This document shows, piece after piece, positions 1-10,111 of a DNA stretch of 64,000 nucleotides (position 1 is its first letter; each line of letters starts with the position of its first letter). Source of the DNA: an uncultured virus (IMG/VR IMGVR_UViG_3300008111_000114) (Duplodnaviria > Heunggongvirae > Uroviricota > Caudoviricetes). The translations under genes were made by a program, and so were the position numbers. Below the pieces are notes generated by a model. It did not search any database, had not been told where the DNA came from, and saw only the letters and a list, made by a program, of their open reading frames with translations. The DNA lies in IMG/VR virus record IMGVR_UViG_3300008111_000114. One strand, written 5' to 3'.

Positions 1-1
1 T

Positions 2-835
2 GACGGGGACACAGATGTTTTAATCATCAGTGGATTCGCAAACCCTGAAATAAATGATGAAGGACACTATTCTTTTAGGGTTCTAGACAATTATGTAATG
101 ACAGACAAGAGCCTGAAGGCTGTTTGGAGTTACGCAATTGACGGCAACCCAATGACTTCTACAAATTATTACTCTGTTGTAACTCCATATCTCTCCATTT
201 CTGAGGCTTATTCCAGACTTCATGCTGGGCGTGAAGAAGGGGATCAAAACTACATTCATTTCCATGATATGCAGCAAGCTGAGAAGTTTGCTCGTTTTAT
301 GGTAGAAAACTATACAGGCGTAAAGTTTGGCAAGTATACCAAGACAATTACGGCCTATGGTCAGGATGCCGACGTACTTTACTTGGGGGAAAGAATTATT
401 TCCTATACAACAATTAAAGAGAACGGCAAGACAGTAATCGATACCGTAGCAAATACAAACAGCTTTAATTTCCCAGTAGAAATTACAGACACAAACCATT
501 CGTTGAGAATCGTTTCTCTTGGAGATGACATCAATGAGGGTGGCAAGCTGGATATTGTTTATCCGCTTCGTGGTAATTTTTACAACGGATATAGATACGA
601 TATTACTGGTGTATTCGGATGGAAGTTTGTGCCAGAAAAAGTTCAACAGGCAATGATCATGTTGATGAAAGACTATTTTGGTAAAGATAATATTTGGAGA
701 GCCAGATTTGTACAGAACGTATCTTATGGCGATACAGATATGGAATTTTCTAAACTAGCTTTCAGGGGGACAGGTAACTTCTACGCAGACAAACTCCTAG
801 ATGAGTTTAAGTCTACAAACATGGCGGTGATCTAA
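2..835 (+). CDS. Head-to-tail adaptor/connector protein (5' end likely outside window)
   Basis: The frame is open from position 2 through the ATG at 98. The C-terminal 'G.FGW..VP..V.QA...L' pattern is typical of gp6/gp15-like adaptors, and the gene precedes neck and tail genes. Confidence 0.6.
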   Translation, partial: DGDTDVLIISGFANPEINDEGHYSFRVLDNYVMTDKSLKAVWSYAIDGNPMTSTNYYSVVTPYLSISEAYSRLHAGREEGDQNYIHFHDMQQAEKFARFMVENYTGVKFGKYTKTITAYGQDADVLYLGERIISYTTIKENGKTVIDTVANTNSFNFPVEITDTNHSLRIVSLGDDINEGGKLDIVYPLRGNFYNGYRYDITGVFGWKFVPEKVQQAMIMLMKDYFGKDNIWRARFVQNVSYGDTDMEFSKLAFRGTGNFYADKLLDEFKSTNMAVI

Positions 836-1263
836 TGATTGGGTCATATTCTGTGGAAGCAAAATACGCCATGACTATGGACGTATACCGTGTACAAATT
901 GCTCAAAGCGCAACTGGGCAGGTAAAAAGAGAATGGATCTACGCAGAAACCGTTCCATGCCTAGCTAAATCAATTATATCTTCTGGTGTAAGAACACCAT
1001 CAAACGACAGAACAGTTGACGCCAGATACTTAATTGAAGAAATTATCAAGGTCATGACTCTTGATAAGCTTCCTAGAAACGCTAAGATAAGCAACATAAA
1101 AGATTTGCAGGGTAATGTTCTGTGGGAAGAAGCAGAAGTTCTTAATAGCCCACCTACAATATTTAATATCGTAGGATCTACTCCGATACTTGACGGCTTT
1201 GGACAGATACTAGAATACGAAAATACATTACAGAGGAGCGACATACAAGGTGCCTTCTCTTAA
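835..1263 (+). CDS. Putative head-closure (stopper) protein
   Basis: 142 aa and beta-rich; sits between adaptor and neck gene; TAATG overlap with the upstream stop. Confidence 0.5.
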   Translation: MIGSYSVEAKYAMTMDVYRVQIAQSATGQVKREWIYAETVPCLAKSIISSGVRTPSNDRTVDARYLIEEIIKVMTLDKLPRNAKISNIKDLQGNVLWEEAEVLNSPPTIFNIVGSTPILDGFGQILEYENTLQRSDIQGAFS

Positions 1264-1999
1264 AATAGATTCAAATGCTTTAGATGCCATGAGAAATGTT
1301 GGGGCATATGTCGAGGGTGTAGCAACAGCCACACGCTCATTTGATATAGATAAAGAAATCGGTCAAGCCATAACAACTATTGCCAAGGTATCTCTTGGAA
1401 AGTTTATAGACTCAGAAGCTAGACTTAGCCCAAAGGCTTTACACCATGTGTATGAGTGGAATCAAACTGGGAAGCCTCTAGGAAGATTGTGGAAAATTGA
1501 TGGAACATATAAGGCTGGATCTATTGTTTTGTCATCAGAGTTTAGACCGTCAAAAACATTTTCCCCAAATAAATATGGACCAAGAAGAAGTAAGTTTATA
1601 TTTAAAGCAGAGGTAATGGAAAAAGGTCAGCCAGTAAGAATTACAGCACGTAATGCACAAGCATTACATTTTTATTCTAAAGACGGGGACCCAGTATTTA
1701 TTCCAAGAGGTAAGTATGTAACAGTAAAGACTCCTGGTGGAAAAGAAGTAAAAGGGTCATACAGAAAAACAATGAATAGATTTTTAGCAAGCTCAAGACT
1801 CCTTGTAGATATACAAGAGTCTGGAATTATTGCTAGAATAGAAGCAGCGCAAGCAATGGCGGGAAGAGAAATGCCAGCGGCAGTATCTGGTAGAGTATCA
1901 ACTGGATCATTTAAGCGTATAGCAGAATCAAATGTATCTAAGCACATAAGACAAGTAACTAGAGCGTATCAATATGCGGACGAGGTAGCAAATGGCTGA
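1250..1999 (+). CDS. Putative neck/tail-completion protein
   Basis: 249-aa basic protein in canonical siphovirus order; function inferred from synteny. Confidence 0.45.
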   Translation: MPSLKIDSNALDAMRNVGAYVEGVATATRSFDIDKEIGQAITTIAKVSLGKFIDSEARLSPKALHHVYEWNQTGKPLGRLWKIDGTYKAGSIVLSSEFRPSKTFSPNKYGPRRSKFIFKAEVMEKGQPVRITARNAQALHFYSKDGDPVFIPRGKYVTVKTPGGKEVKGSYRKTMNRFLASSRLLVDIQESGIIARIEAAQAMAGREMPAAVSGRVSTGSFKRIAESNVSKHIRQVTRAYQYADEVANG

Positions 2000-2510
2000 T
2001 TATACTAAAACAGCAATATCAGATGTAATTGGTATTTTATGGAAAGAGCTAAAAGATAACGGGGCTTTAGTAGACACAGATTATCCAGTAGTTGGAGGGC
2101 AAAGATTAATGCCTATATTCCCAACACAAGAAGACGAAACAAAGAATTTAATATCAAATCCAAATGCTCCATACCTAGTATATGACTTTGACACAATGTC
2201 CTACGATGTAGAATGGGTAATATGTAAAGAAAGATTAACATTCAAGATATATGCTCCAGATTTTGACAAGGTTGTAGAAATCATGAATATCATGTTAGAC
2301 CTATTTAGAAGATTTGATGAATCAGCGGCTACGGTCAATGCCTACGTAAAGACGGTAAATCCGACCAGCCCATTTAGGTACAAATACTTTTCCCTGACAG
2401 AGGCAAACTCTCCAGATCCAGCCGACGAGTTGGCGGGACGCCTGGAGGCAGACATATCAATAGTCTACGCCTACACAAGGAATTTAAATACGGAAGGAAG
2501 ATTTGCGTAA
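1992..2510 (+). CDS. Putative tail terminator protein
   Basis: 172 aa, directly before the major tail protein; 'PYLVY' strand typical of terminators. Confidence 0.5.
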   Translation: MADYTKTAISDVIGILWKELKDNGALVDTDYPVVGGQRLMPIFPTQEDETKNLISNPNAPYLVYDFDTMSYDVEWVICKERLTFKIYAPDFDKVVEIMNIMLDLFRRFDESAATVNAYVKTVNPTSPFRYKYFSLTEANSPDPADELAGRLEADISIVYAYTRNLNTEGRFA

Positions 2511-2593
2511 TAACCCCAGTTCAAGTATTATTGGATTTGAGGAAATGCCGCAAAACTTATATCCTATAAAAAAGGAGGAGGTGAAAAATATAA

Positions 2594-3265
2594 ATGGCAA
2601 CAAACGTTCGTAATATTATTATCGGTGCAGCAAGAATTTTTATTTCTGCAAAGGACTCAACATCACCAGACTGGTCTGACTCATATCAGGATGGTCTAGA
2701 TCCATTCGCTGTTAGCCCACAACCAACAGGTTCATACGTCTCAGACGCAAATCTTGGATCAGGTAAGGTTTTGGACTCAACAAAGTGGAAGGACGTCGGA
2801 TTCACATCCGAAGGTCTTGAAGTTATGTATGAACCAACATACGGTGAAGTAGAAGTTGACCAGCAGCTCGACGTTGCGAAGCTCTTCAAGTCTTCACAGC
2901 GTGTTATGCTTCGTACAACTCTTACAGAAGGTACACTTCGTAACCTTATGGTGGTCTTTGGTGAAAAAGAATCAAATCTTAAGTCTTATGACAGCGTAGC
3001 TGACTCCCGTCTTGATCTCTCAGTAGGTGCTCTTAACGAAGAGCCAACAGAGCGTCAATTCATTGCAGTTGGAAACGCACCAACAACCGCCACAGGTGGA
3101 GACCGTGAGCGTATTTACTATGCTCGTCGTGTTCTTTCTGTTGAATCTTCAACACACTCATTGCGTCGTAACGAAGCTACAGTTTTCCCAGTGACATTCC
3201 GTCTCTTGGGTGACCCACGCTACTCAGACACATACGGAAGAATCGTTGATCGCTTGATCGGCTAA
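2594..3265 (+). CDS. Major tail (tube) protein
   Basis: Strong RBS (AGGAGGAGGT), highly biased codons, 'VGFTSEGLEV.YEP' and 'FPVTFRLL' motifs of actinophage tail tube proteins; followed by a terminator and the chaperone gene. Confidence 0.8.
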   Translation: MATNVRNIIIGAARIFISAKDSTSPDWSDSYQDGLDPFAVSPQPTGSYVSDANLGSGKVLDSTKWKDVGFTSEGLEVMYEPTYGEVEVDQQLDVAKLFKSSQRVMLRTTLTEGTLRNLMVVFGEKESNLKSYDSVADSRLDLSVGALNEEPTERQFIAVGNAPTTATGGDRERIYYARRVLSVESSTHSLRRNEATVFPVTFRLLGDPRYSDTYGRIVDRLIG

Positions 3266-3283
3266 ATTTAACCAAAATTGGCT

Positions 3284-3320
3284 AGACCCCCTCCAGAAAT
3301 GGCGGGGGTCTTGTCTTTTT
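3284..3320 (+). terminator. Intrinsic terminator after major tail gene
   Basis: AGACCCCC...GGGGGTCT stem followed by TGTCTTTTT. Confidence 0.7.
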
Positions 3321-3364
3321 ATATTATTGTTGCTATAATTATTAAGACTATTTAGGAGGTCACT

Positions 3365-3700
3365 TTGGCTACCCAGCTATACGATATTGTAGAAGTAGAA
3401 CTACAGGACGGCAGAAAGGTAACATTAAAACCGCTGCCAATTAAACGACTAAAGGAATTTATGAAGGTCGTTACAAAATTAGATACAGTAAAAGATGAAG
3501 AAGAAGCAATTGATATTTTTATCGAGGCTTGTGCAATCGCTTTGAAGAAAAGCTTGCCAGAACTAGCCGATAATAAAGAGGCTCTAGAGGAAGCTCTGGA
3601 CGTTCCGACTATTTGGAAAATTATGGAGGTCTGCGGAGGTATTAAGCTAGGCGACCCAAATTTAATAGCGGCAGCGGCCAAGATGAGTGGAACCAACTAA
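3365..3700 (+). CDS. Tail assembly chaperone (short, gpG-like form)
   Basis: 111 aa, TTG start with AGGAGGT RBS, between the major tail and tape measure genes. Confidence 0.8.
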   Translation: MATQLYDIVEVELQDGRKVTLKPLPIKRLKEFMKVVTKLDTVKDEEEAIDIFIEACAIALKKSLPELADNKEALEEALDVPTIWKIMEVCGGIKLGDPNLIAAAAKMSGTN

Positions 3701-4077
3701 CAAATAAAACCAAGTCTTCCACAACGTGGGAGAATCTTGATCTCGCTGCCTTAGAAAAACAAGCTTTCCTTCTTGGTATTTGGAAAAACTACGAGGAATT
3801 AGAAGAGAGTATTTCTCTCGTTGAACTTATTCATACTCTAGAAGAGGCGAATAAGAAAGAGTACGAGGACAAGAAGTTCCTTGCTGCCCTACAAGGGGTG
3901 GACTTGGATGAAGGAAATTCTTCAGGTGCTAAAACATTTGAAGATATTAGGAGGGAAGCACTGGGAGACGATCCTGCTACAAACGATGTGGCTAACCTTA
4001 AGGGATCACTTGCAAGACAAGAAGGCTTTGGTGTAGGCCAAGGTTTAATGTACGAAGAGTGGGACGCTAGGGCGTAA
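3365..4077 (+). CDS. Tail assembly chaperone long form (gpGT-like) via -1 programmed frameshift at 3655-3664
   Basis: Slippery C CCA AAT TTA is in frame at 3655-3664. The -1 frame is open from 3661 to TAA 4075-4077 (FNSGSGQDEW...GLMYEEWDARA) and is missing from the ORF track. Confidence 0.8.
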
Positions 4078-4106
4078 TAGGATCGAAAATCTGGGATAAT
4101 TAGCAT

Positions 4107-7100
4107 ATGGCCCAACAAGTTGTAATTAGCTTTAATGCGAATGCCAACTTTTCCGATTTAATCGGGGAAGTTCGTCGTGCAAACGCAGAAATTGCTACGC
4201 TTCAAACACAGCTTAATGGGCTTGGGTCTGCTTCATATGCCTCTTTAAACAACTTAAATTCACAGTTTATTGAGGGTATGCGTAATACCCGTTTATGGTC
4301 TTCGTCATTCGTAGACGTAACAAATGAAACAAGAGAATTTGGTCGGCACTTAGACCAAGGTAGATTGAAGCTAAAAGATTATTTCCGAGAATTTAATACA
4401 CAAGTTCGGGGCCAAAGAGGAATGATCAGAAGACTTGCTGAAGAGCAGGTCAAATTGCAGAGATCTATATTAACAACGACGGTTGGTCCACAGGGTGAAG
4501 CTAGAAACATTTTGTCAACACCCACAGGTCTAGATAGACTTGACCCATCAACAATGAAGGCTCTACGTGCAGAGCAGTTCAAAATTATTGGAAGATCCAT
4601 TCAAGGTGTCTCTACAGAGCTTATTAACTTAGGTAAAAACACCCAGTGGGCTGGCCGTCAGTTAACAGTTGGTTTAACAGTTCCCCTAACAATTTTTGCA
4701 TCAACAGCAGCAAATGCATTCCGTGAAACAGACAAGCAACTCACACGTTTGGCTAAGGTTTATGGAGATATAGGTGGGGCAACCACAACAGAGATTGAAA
4801 GAATAAAAACTCAGACAGCTAGTTTAGCTAAAGAGTTAGCATCATCTCTAGGTGCTGCAGCAAATGAAACTATAGGATTGGCTGCTGATATTGCAGCGAC
4901 TGGTAAAACAGGAAATGAGTTGTTAGAGTCTGTAGCAGAAACTACACGTCTTGCGATCCTTGGTGAAGTAGATAGACAAGAGGCTATGTCAGCAACTCTA
5001 TCTCTACAAAGCGCATTTAATTTAAATACTAAAGAGCTAGCAGAATCAATTAACTTCCTTAACGCAGTTGAAAACCAAACTTCTACATCTCTCAACGACC
5101 TTGTAGTAGCAATCCCTAAAGCAGGTCCTGTTGTCAGACAGCTCGGTGGAGACGTACAAGATCTAGCACTATTCCTTACCGCTATGCGTGAGGGTGGTAT
5201 TAACGCAGCAGAATCAGCTAACGCACTAAAGTCTGGTCTTGCTTCTATAATTAACCCAACAGAAAAAACTGTTGATGTTATGAGTAATTTTGGTGTGGAT
5301 ATCTTGAGCATAGTTAACTCAAATGCTGGAGATCTTGTAGGAACAGTATCTGCATTAAAGGATGCTCTAAATACACTTAACCCACTAGCTAGAGCACAAG
5401 CAATTGAGCAGCTATTCGGTAAGTTCCAGTTTGCTCGTATGTCAGCATTGTTTGATAACTTGGGCAGAAGTGGAAGCCAGACCTTGCAGGTTATGGAATT
5501 GATGGGGGCATCAACAGCAGACCTAGCAGCAATTGCTGAGCGAGAATTAACAACATTAACAGAGTCTGCATCAGGTAAGTTTGCTAGACAGATGGAAACA
5601 CTTAAGGCAAACCTAGCATTGGCTGGAGAAGGATTCCTTGGAATATTCTCAAAGGTTATTGGTGTAGTAAACAAGCTTATGGACGGATTTAATAATCTAC
5701 CAGACGGCGCAAAGACAGTGCTTACAATTATAGGTGCCATCGTTGGACTAGCTGGACCACTAATCATGCTTTCTGGTGTATTCCTTAACTTTATTGGATA
5801 CGTAGTAAAGTCTATTGGATTCTTGGGAAGACTATTTACAAGTACTAAGAAATTTGAATTACTAGATGAACAGATGATGGCGGTAAAGCTATCTGGAGAT
5901 AAGGCTGCTAATGCTATGTATAGCGAAGCAGATGCTGCAAAAGCAGCAGCAATGCAAATACAAAATCTTATCTCAAGAATGAGAGAGTTAGTAGAACTAC
6001 AAAATACTTATGCAGCAGGAGCAGAAGCAGCACCTGGCTTTGCAGGATCTAGATTTATGCCTTCACCAGAGTTTGGAACAGGCAGCGGAGTAAGACCTAC
6101 GGGAATTGAAAGATCACACTTGCTTAATAGAGCAAGACGTAGAGCAATCATGGGGGATGTTGGGCTAACAGACGAAGAATTGGTAAAGGTATCTGGAGTT
6201 TCTGGCGGAAGAAAGACAGCTGGCGTAGGAAATATTAATAACCCACTAGAAGCATTAAACGCTCCAGTTATTGCGGTACCAGCAGATAGTATTGCTGCAC
6301 AAATCCAAGGAGCTTTTGCAGAGAGTATGCCAAACACTATAGTTGCTCCAGGCACAACATTTGAGCAAAAGAGAGGCATGCTTTCAGATATTGCCGCAGG
6401 CGGAACAAACAAAGAAGCTCAAAAAATTATGGCTGCTGCTATGAGAGATCCAGAAAGATACAATGTTGGTATAGAACAGGTTTTCCAAACCAGCGAAGAG
6501 TATGCAAAGATTCAAGCAACACATGTTGCAAATATGACAGCTATTAATGATGCATACAAGGTAAGCGCAGTAGAGGGCGAAAAGTTTGCAAACCAAATGA
6601 AAGATGCTTGGACAAAAGAATTTGCTGCTACACAAGATCCAGCAGCTGCAGCAAGAGCAGCGGCACAGTTGGCTAGAGAAAGAATAGGAACTAGCTATGA
6701 TGATGTTATATCCACAACAAACGCAAGCATACTAAGAGCATTTGAAGATGGCGGTGCTGACTCTGCAGTTATTGAAGCAACAAAGAGAGAGGTTGCTGCT
6801 ATGCAGGGTGGCATACTAAAGAATGCAGCGGCAACAACAGTAGAAAGAACTGGAAGACTTTCATTAGCAATTGCACAGGCTTCTGCACAGATAGATGCAG
6901 TAATGAATGCAGAAGAGATTAAGGTTAAGACTGGAACTAAGAGTTTAGGAACTGCCACGGTAAGAATGGTAGATGGAGTTGTTCAGGTAATAACAGAATC
7001 TGGCAAGGTCTTGTCTGAAGATGCAGTAAAAAATCCACAAATAAAGGCTAAGATAGCAGAGCTTAAAGCTAAGAAGTCTCAACTAGAGCAGGAAAAAGTT

Positions 7101-9659
7101 AAAGAGATTCAAGAAATTATTAATATAGAGAACGCTGGCATATCAACATTAGCAGCGGATAGCCCAGCAGCTAAGGTAGGACTTCTTGGAAGAGCAAAGA
7201 ATGGTATGCGTGGAATGTTTACTGGAAGGGCTGGACTAGGTTCTTCTATGGCTATGATGGGCTTAGGAATGGCTACATCTATGGTTCCACAAACTGGTGG
7301 GGTTGGAAATATTGCAGGCGGAGCAATGATGGGTGCATCGATGGGTATGATGTTTGGTGCTCCAGGTGCAGCAGTAGGAGCAGCATTGGGTGCTTTAGTT
7401 CCTGCAATTAAGATGACTATAGATTATTTTAAGAAGTTGGCAGATATACAAGCATTAAGTATTAGACAATACCAGATAGATAAAGAGTATGCAAAAGCTG
7501 CTGGATTAAGCTTAAAGACAATTGGAGATATACAGTTAACACAAGTAACTGGTAAATCTGAAGAAGCGGCAAGCGCATTAGAGATACTAGCCCAAGCTGC
7601 ATTAGAAGCAGCAACTTCTACATCTACAGGTGCCTTGCGTGAAAAGACAAAGGGTGCGGACAGTTTTAAGGAAGTTCAAGATGAGTTCTTAAGCCAGTAT
7701 CTAAGTTATATTGCTGCAGGAGTATCTGAAGAGACTGCTAAGCAAATGATGGCTGCTATTCTTAAAGCTGCAGGCAAAGAAGGATTCGCTACAGATCTAA
7801 AGATGCTTCTTGCAGGAGAGTCTGGAGTAACTCAAACTGGAGCATTAAAGAGAAACTTAGAAAGAATTAAGGGTAGTGCTGGATCAGTTGTTGGAACTGA
7901 ATTCTCAGCATTATTGGGTCAAGCAGGACAGTTCGGTGTCGACCAGGGAATAGCTCAAAGAATGGCTATGTATGGAGAGGATGCTAGTGGCTTTGGTCCT
8001 GAAGCAGCTAAATACATAACAGATTTAACAACAGCCTATCAAAAATTAAATGCAGCACAAAGAGACAATGTATATTTTGGAACTGCTACAAAGCAAGCCA
8101 TTGAAGCTATAAATAATGCAATGGCTAACTCAGATGCTGCAACATTTGCAGAAGCAATGAAAGAAGTTGCTGGTTCTGGTCTTATTACTCAGGAAGTAGT
8201 TGATGGAGTAGCTGGATCAATCGAGGGATTAACAAGGACAGACAAAACGGTTCTTGAAGGTTTAAAGAAAAATGGTGTTGATTCAGAAGCTCAAATGCTA
8301 GCACTTAAGATGCGTATTGAGGGAATTATTCCTAGCCTAGAAGCAGTTAAGAATTTTGATGGAATGAGAATTCGTGCCTACTTTGAGTTGTATCAAGCAA
8401 ATCAAGCATTAGACAAAGCGAAGTCAGACTTGCAAGCATCGCTACAGGGAATGTTTGCTGGTGGAGCAGCAGGACCAAATAAAGATGCTCAGAAGAAAGC
8501 AATTCAAGCACAGATCGATGCGCTTGAAGAAATTGAGCGTAAAGAAAAGAATATTAATAAGATCAAGGAGCTTCAACTTAAGTACGAAGAAAAGCGTAGA
8601 AGCTTAGCGTTAGATTATCTAGGAGCATTAAGTTCTGGAGATATGGAAGGTGCTTTAAGAGCACAGCTAGAAATGCAAGCAGAGTCCGCTAGATTCTTAA
8701 AAGAAAAAGCAGAGACTGAAAAAGAAATTGCTAGAGACGACAAGAAAAAAGCACTTCAAGATAAGCTAAAAGCATTAGACAACGCTGCTGCTGGATCTGT
8801 AGCTAATGTAGCCAACAAAGCTAAAGATCTAGAAAAGAATATTAATGATGCTATACAGACTGTTCTTGGAGGATTCCAAAAGGATGGTAAGGTAACAGTA
8901 TCATTTAAAGAGTTTGTGGAGAGCGAAGCATTTAGAAACTTTGAGTCTAAATTCAAGGGTGCTCTTTCTGGAGACGCTTTGCAAAAAGCAATGGCAACAT
9001 TAAAAGCATCATTTAAGCAGTTAGAAGCAGATCTGGCTAATGTCGGAGGATTGACCGATGGTCCTGGTACATCAAAGAGCCCAAGAGATATTACAGTGGC
9101 GGCGGCAGCAGCTGGAATTACAAGTGCTGAAGGAAAAGACGGTGTTGCAACAGCACTTAGTGGAGACCAGAAACGAAAGCTACTCTCATATCTTGCTGGA
9201 CGTGGAGAGTCTTTTGTTGAAAATGAAATAGTAACCTTATTTGGTGAAAAGTATAGATATGATAAAGACAAAAATGACCTTATTAGAAATGATAAGAAGT
9301 GGATGGGCGGTAAGGTTCGTGGATATTATGGTGGCGGATTTATAACTGGTCCAGGAAATAGCGTTTCAGATAGCATTAATATTTCTGCATCAAATAATGA
9401 GTTTATGATGAATGCTAGAGCAGTATCGAAGTACGGCGTAGCAAATATGGAAAAGATAAACAATAGAACATTAGATCCACGAGCATTTGAGACTATGCGT
9501 AATGCTGGTTCATATAATGAGGGTGATGTTCGTGTTAATATTAATAATATAAATATTACAGATCCAGGCTGTTCACCAGAAGAAATTATTGCTAGAATTA
9601 AGAAGGACCTTGGTGCAGCCATCAAGAGAACCACTGACGATAGGAGGCTAAGCGTATGA
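4107..9659 (+). CDS. Tape measure protein
   Basis: 1850 aa, Ala/Gly-rich and helical, with a TP901-type core region, hydrophobic segments and a C-terminal 'GG.I.GPG...SDSI....SN.EF' motif. Confidence 0.92.
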   Translation: MAQQVVISFNANANFSDLIGEVRRANAEIATLQTQLNGLGSASYASLNNLNSQFIEGMRNTRLWSSSFVDVTNETREFGRHLDQGRLKLKDYFREFNTQVRGQRGMIRRLAEEQVKLQRSILTTTVGPQGEARNILSTPTGLDRLDPSTMKALRAEQFKIIGRSIQGVSTELINLGKNTQWAGRQLTVGLTVPLTIFASTAANAFRETDKQLTRLAKVYGDIGGATTTEIERIKTQTASLAKELASSLGAAANETIGLAADIAATGKTGNELLESVAETTRLAILGEVDRQEAMSATLSLQSAFNLNTKELAESINFLNAVENQTSTSLNDLVVAIPKAGPVVRQLGGDVQDLALFLTAMREGGINAAESANALKSGLASIINPTEKTVDVMSNFGVDILSIVNSNAGDLVGTVSALKDALNTLNPLARAQAIEQLFGKFQFARMSALFDNLGRSGSQTLQVMELMGASTADLAAIAERELTTLTESASGKFARQMETLKANLALAGEGFLGIFSKVIGVVNKLMDGFNNLPDGAKTVLTIIGAIVGLAGPLIMLSGVFLNFIGYVVKSIGFLGRLFTSTKKFELLDEQMMAVKLSGDKAANAMYSEADAAKAAAMQIQNLISRMRELVELQNTYAAGAEAAPGFAGSRFMPSPEFGTGSGVRPTGIERSHLLNRARRRAIMGDVGLTDEELVKVSGVSGGRKTAGVGNINNPLEALNAPVIAVPADSIAAQIQGAFAESMPNTIVAPGTTFEQKRGMLSDIAAGGTNKEAQKIMAAAMRDPERYNVGIEQVFQTSEEYAKIQATHVANMTAINDAYKVSAVEGEKFANQMKDAWTKEFAATQDPAAAARAAAQLARERIGTSYDDVISTTNASILRAFEDGGADSAVIEATKREVAAMQGGILKNAAATTVERTGRLSLAIAQASAQIDAVMNAEEIKVKTGTKSLGTATVRMVDGVVQVITESGKVLSEDAVKNPQIKAKIAELKAKKSQLEQEKVKEIQEIINIENAGISTLAADSPAAKVGLLGRAKNGMRGMFTGRAGLGSSMAMMGLGMATSMVPQTGGVGNIAGGAMMGASMGMMFGAPGAAVGAALGALVPAIKMTIDYFKKLADIQALSIRQYQIDKEYAKAAGLSLKTIGDIQLTQVTGKSEEAASALEILAQAALEAATSTSTGALREKTKGADSFKEVQDEFLSQYLSYIAAGVSEETAKQMMAAILKAAGKEGFATDLKMLLAGESGVTQTGALKRNLERIKGSAGSVVGTEFSALLGQAGQFGVDQGIAQRMAMYGEDASGFGPEAAKYITDLTTAYQKLNAAQRDNVYFGTATKQAIEAINNAMANSDAATFAEAMKEVAGSGLITQEVVDGVAGSIEGLTRTDKTVLEGLKKNGVDSEAQMLALKMRIEGIIPSLEAVKNFDGMRIRAYFELYQANQALDKAKSDLQASLQGMFAGGAAGPNKDAQKKAIQAQIDALEEIERKEKNINKIKELQLKYEEKRRSLALDYLGALSSGDMEGALRAQLEMQAESARFLKEKAETEKEIARDDKKKALQDKLKALDNAAAGSVANVANKAKDLEKNINDAIQTVLGGFQKDGKVTVSFKEFVESEAFRNFESKFKGALSGDALQKAMATLKASFKQLEADLANVGGLTDGPGTSKSPRDITVAAAAAGITSAEGKDGVATALSGDQKRKLLSYLAGRGESFVENEIVTLFGEKYRYDKDKNDLIRNDKKWMGGKVRGYYGGGFITGPGNSVSDSINISASNNEFMMNARAVSKYGVANMEKINNRTLDPRAFETMRNAGSYNEGDVRVNINNINITDPGCSPEEIIARIKKDLGAAIKRTTDDRRLSV

Positions 9660-10111
9660 CCTGGGTAGTAAACGGACTTAAAGATTCCCTTATTTATGTA
9701 AAGGGAGTTGGAGCAACTACATATACTAAGATAACTGATCATAACCGCAGGCCTCTGGGCATCAACATAGATGAGATATCAACATCACAAAGAACTGCTA
9801 ACGGAACTATGCGTAAAAACGTAATAGCCCAAAAGCACACATTTAACATTTCTTGGGAAGATGTCCCAAATACATCTACATATACTGTCGATGGCGGGTG
9901 GGGAGCAAGTCAGATATACGAGTTTTACAAGAATAACAAGCAGCCTTTTTATATTAAAATAGTACAAAAATTCAGTACAACAGGTACTGATGCATTTCAG
10001 GAGTTTTTAGTTAATTTCTCATCGTGTTCGTTTGATATAGTCAAGCGTAATCCAAGTGCGACTACACCATACATACGCATGAATATGAACATATCGCTAG
10101 AGGAGGTTTAA
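9656..10111 (+). CDS. Distal tail (Dit-like)/minor tail protein
   Basis: 151 aa, immediately after the tape measure gene; 'RTANGTMRK..IA.K..F.ISW' pattern. Confidence 0.6.
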   Translation: MTWVVNGLKDSLIYVKGVGATTYTKITDHNRRPLGINIDEISTSQRTANGTMRKNVIAQKHTFNISWEDVPNTSTYTVDGGWGASQIYEFYKNNKQPFYIKIVQKFSTTGTDAFQEFLVNFSSCSFDIVKRNPSATTPYIRMNMNISLEEV

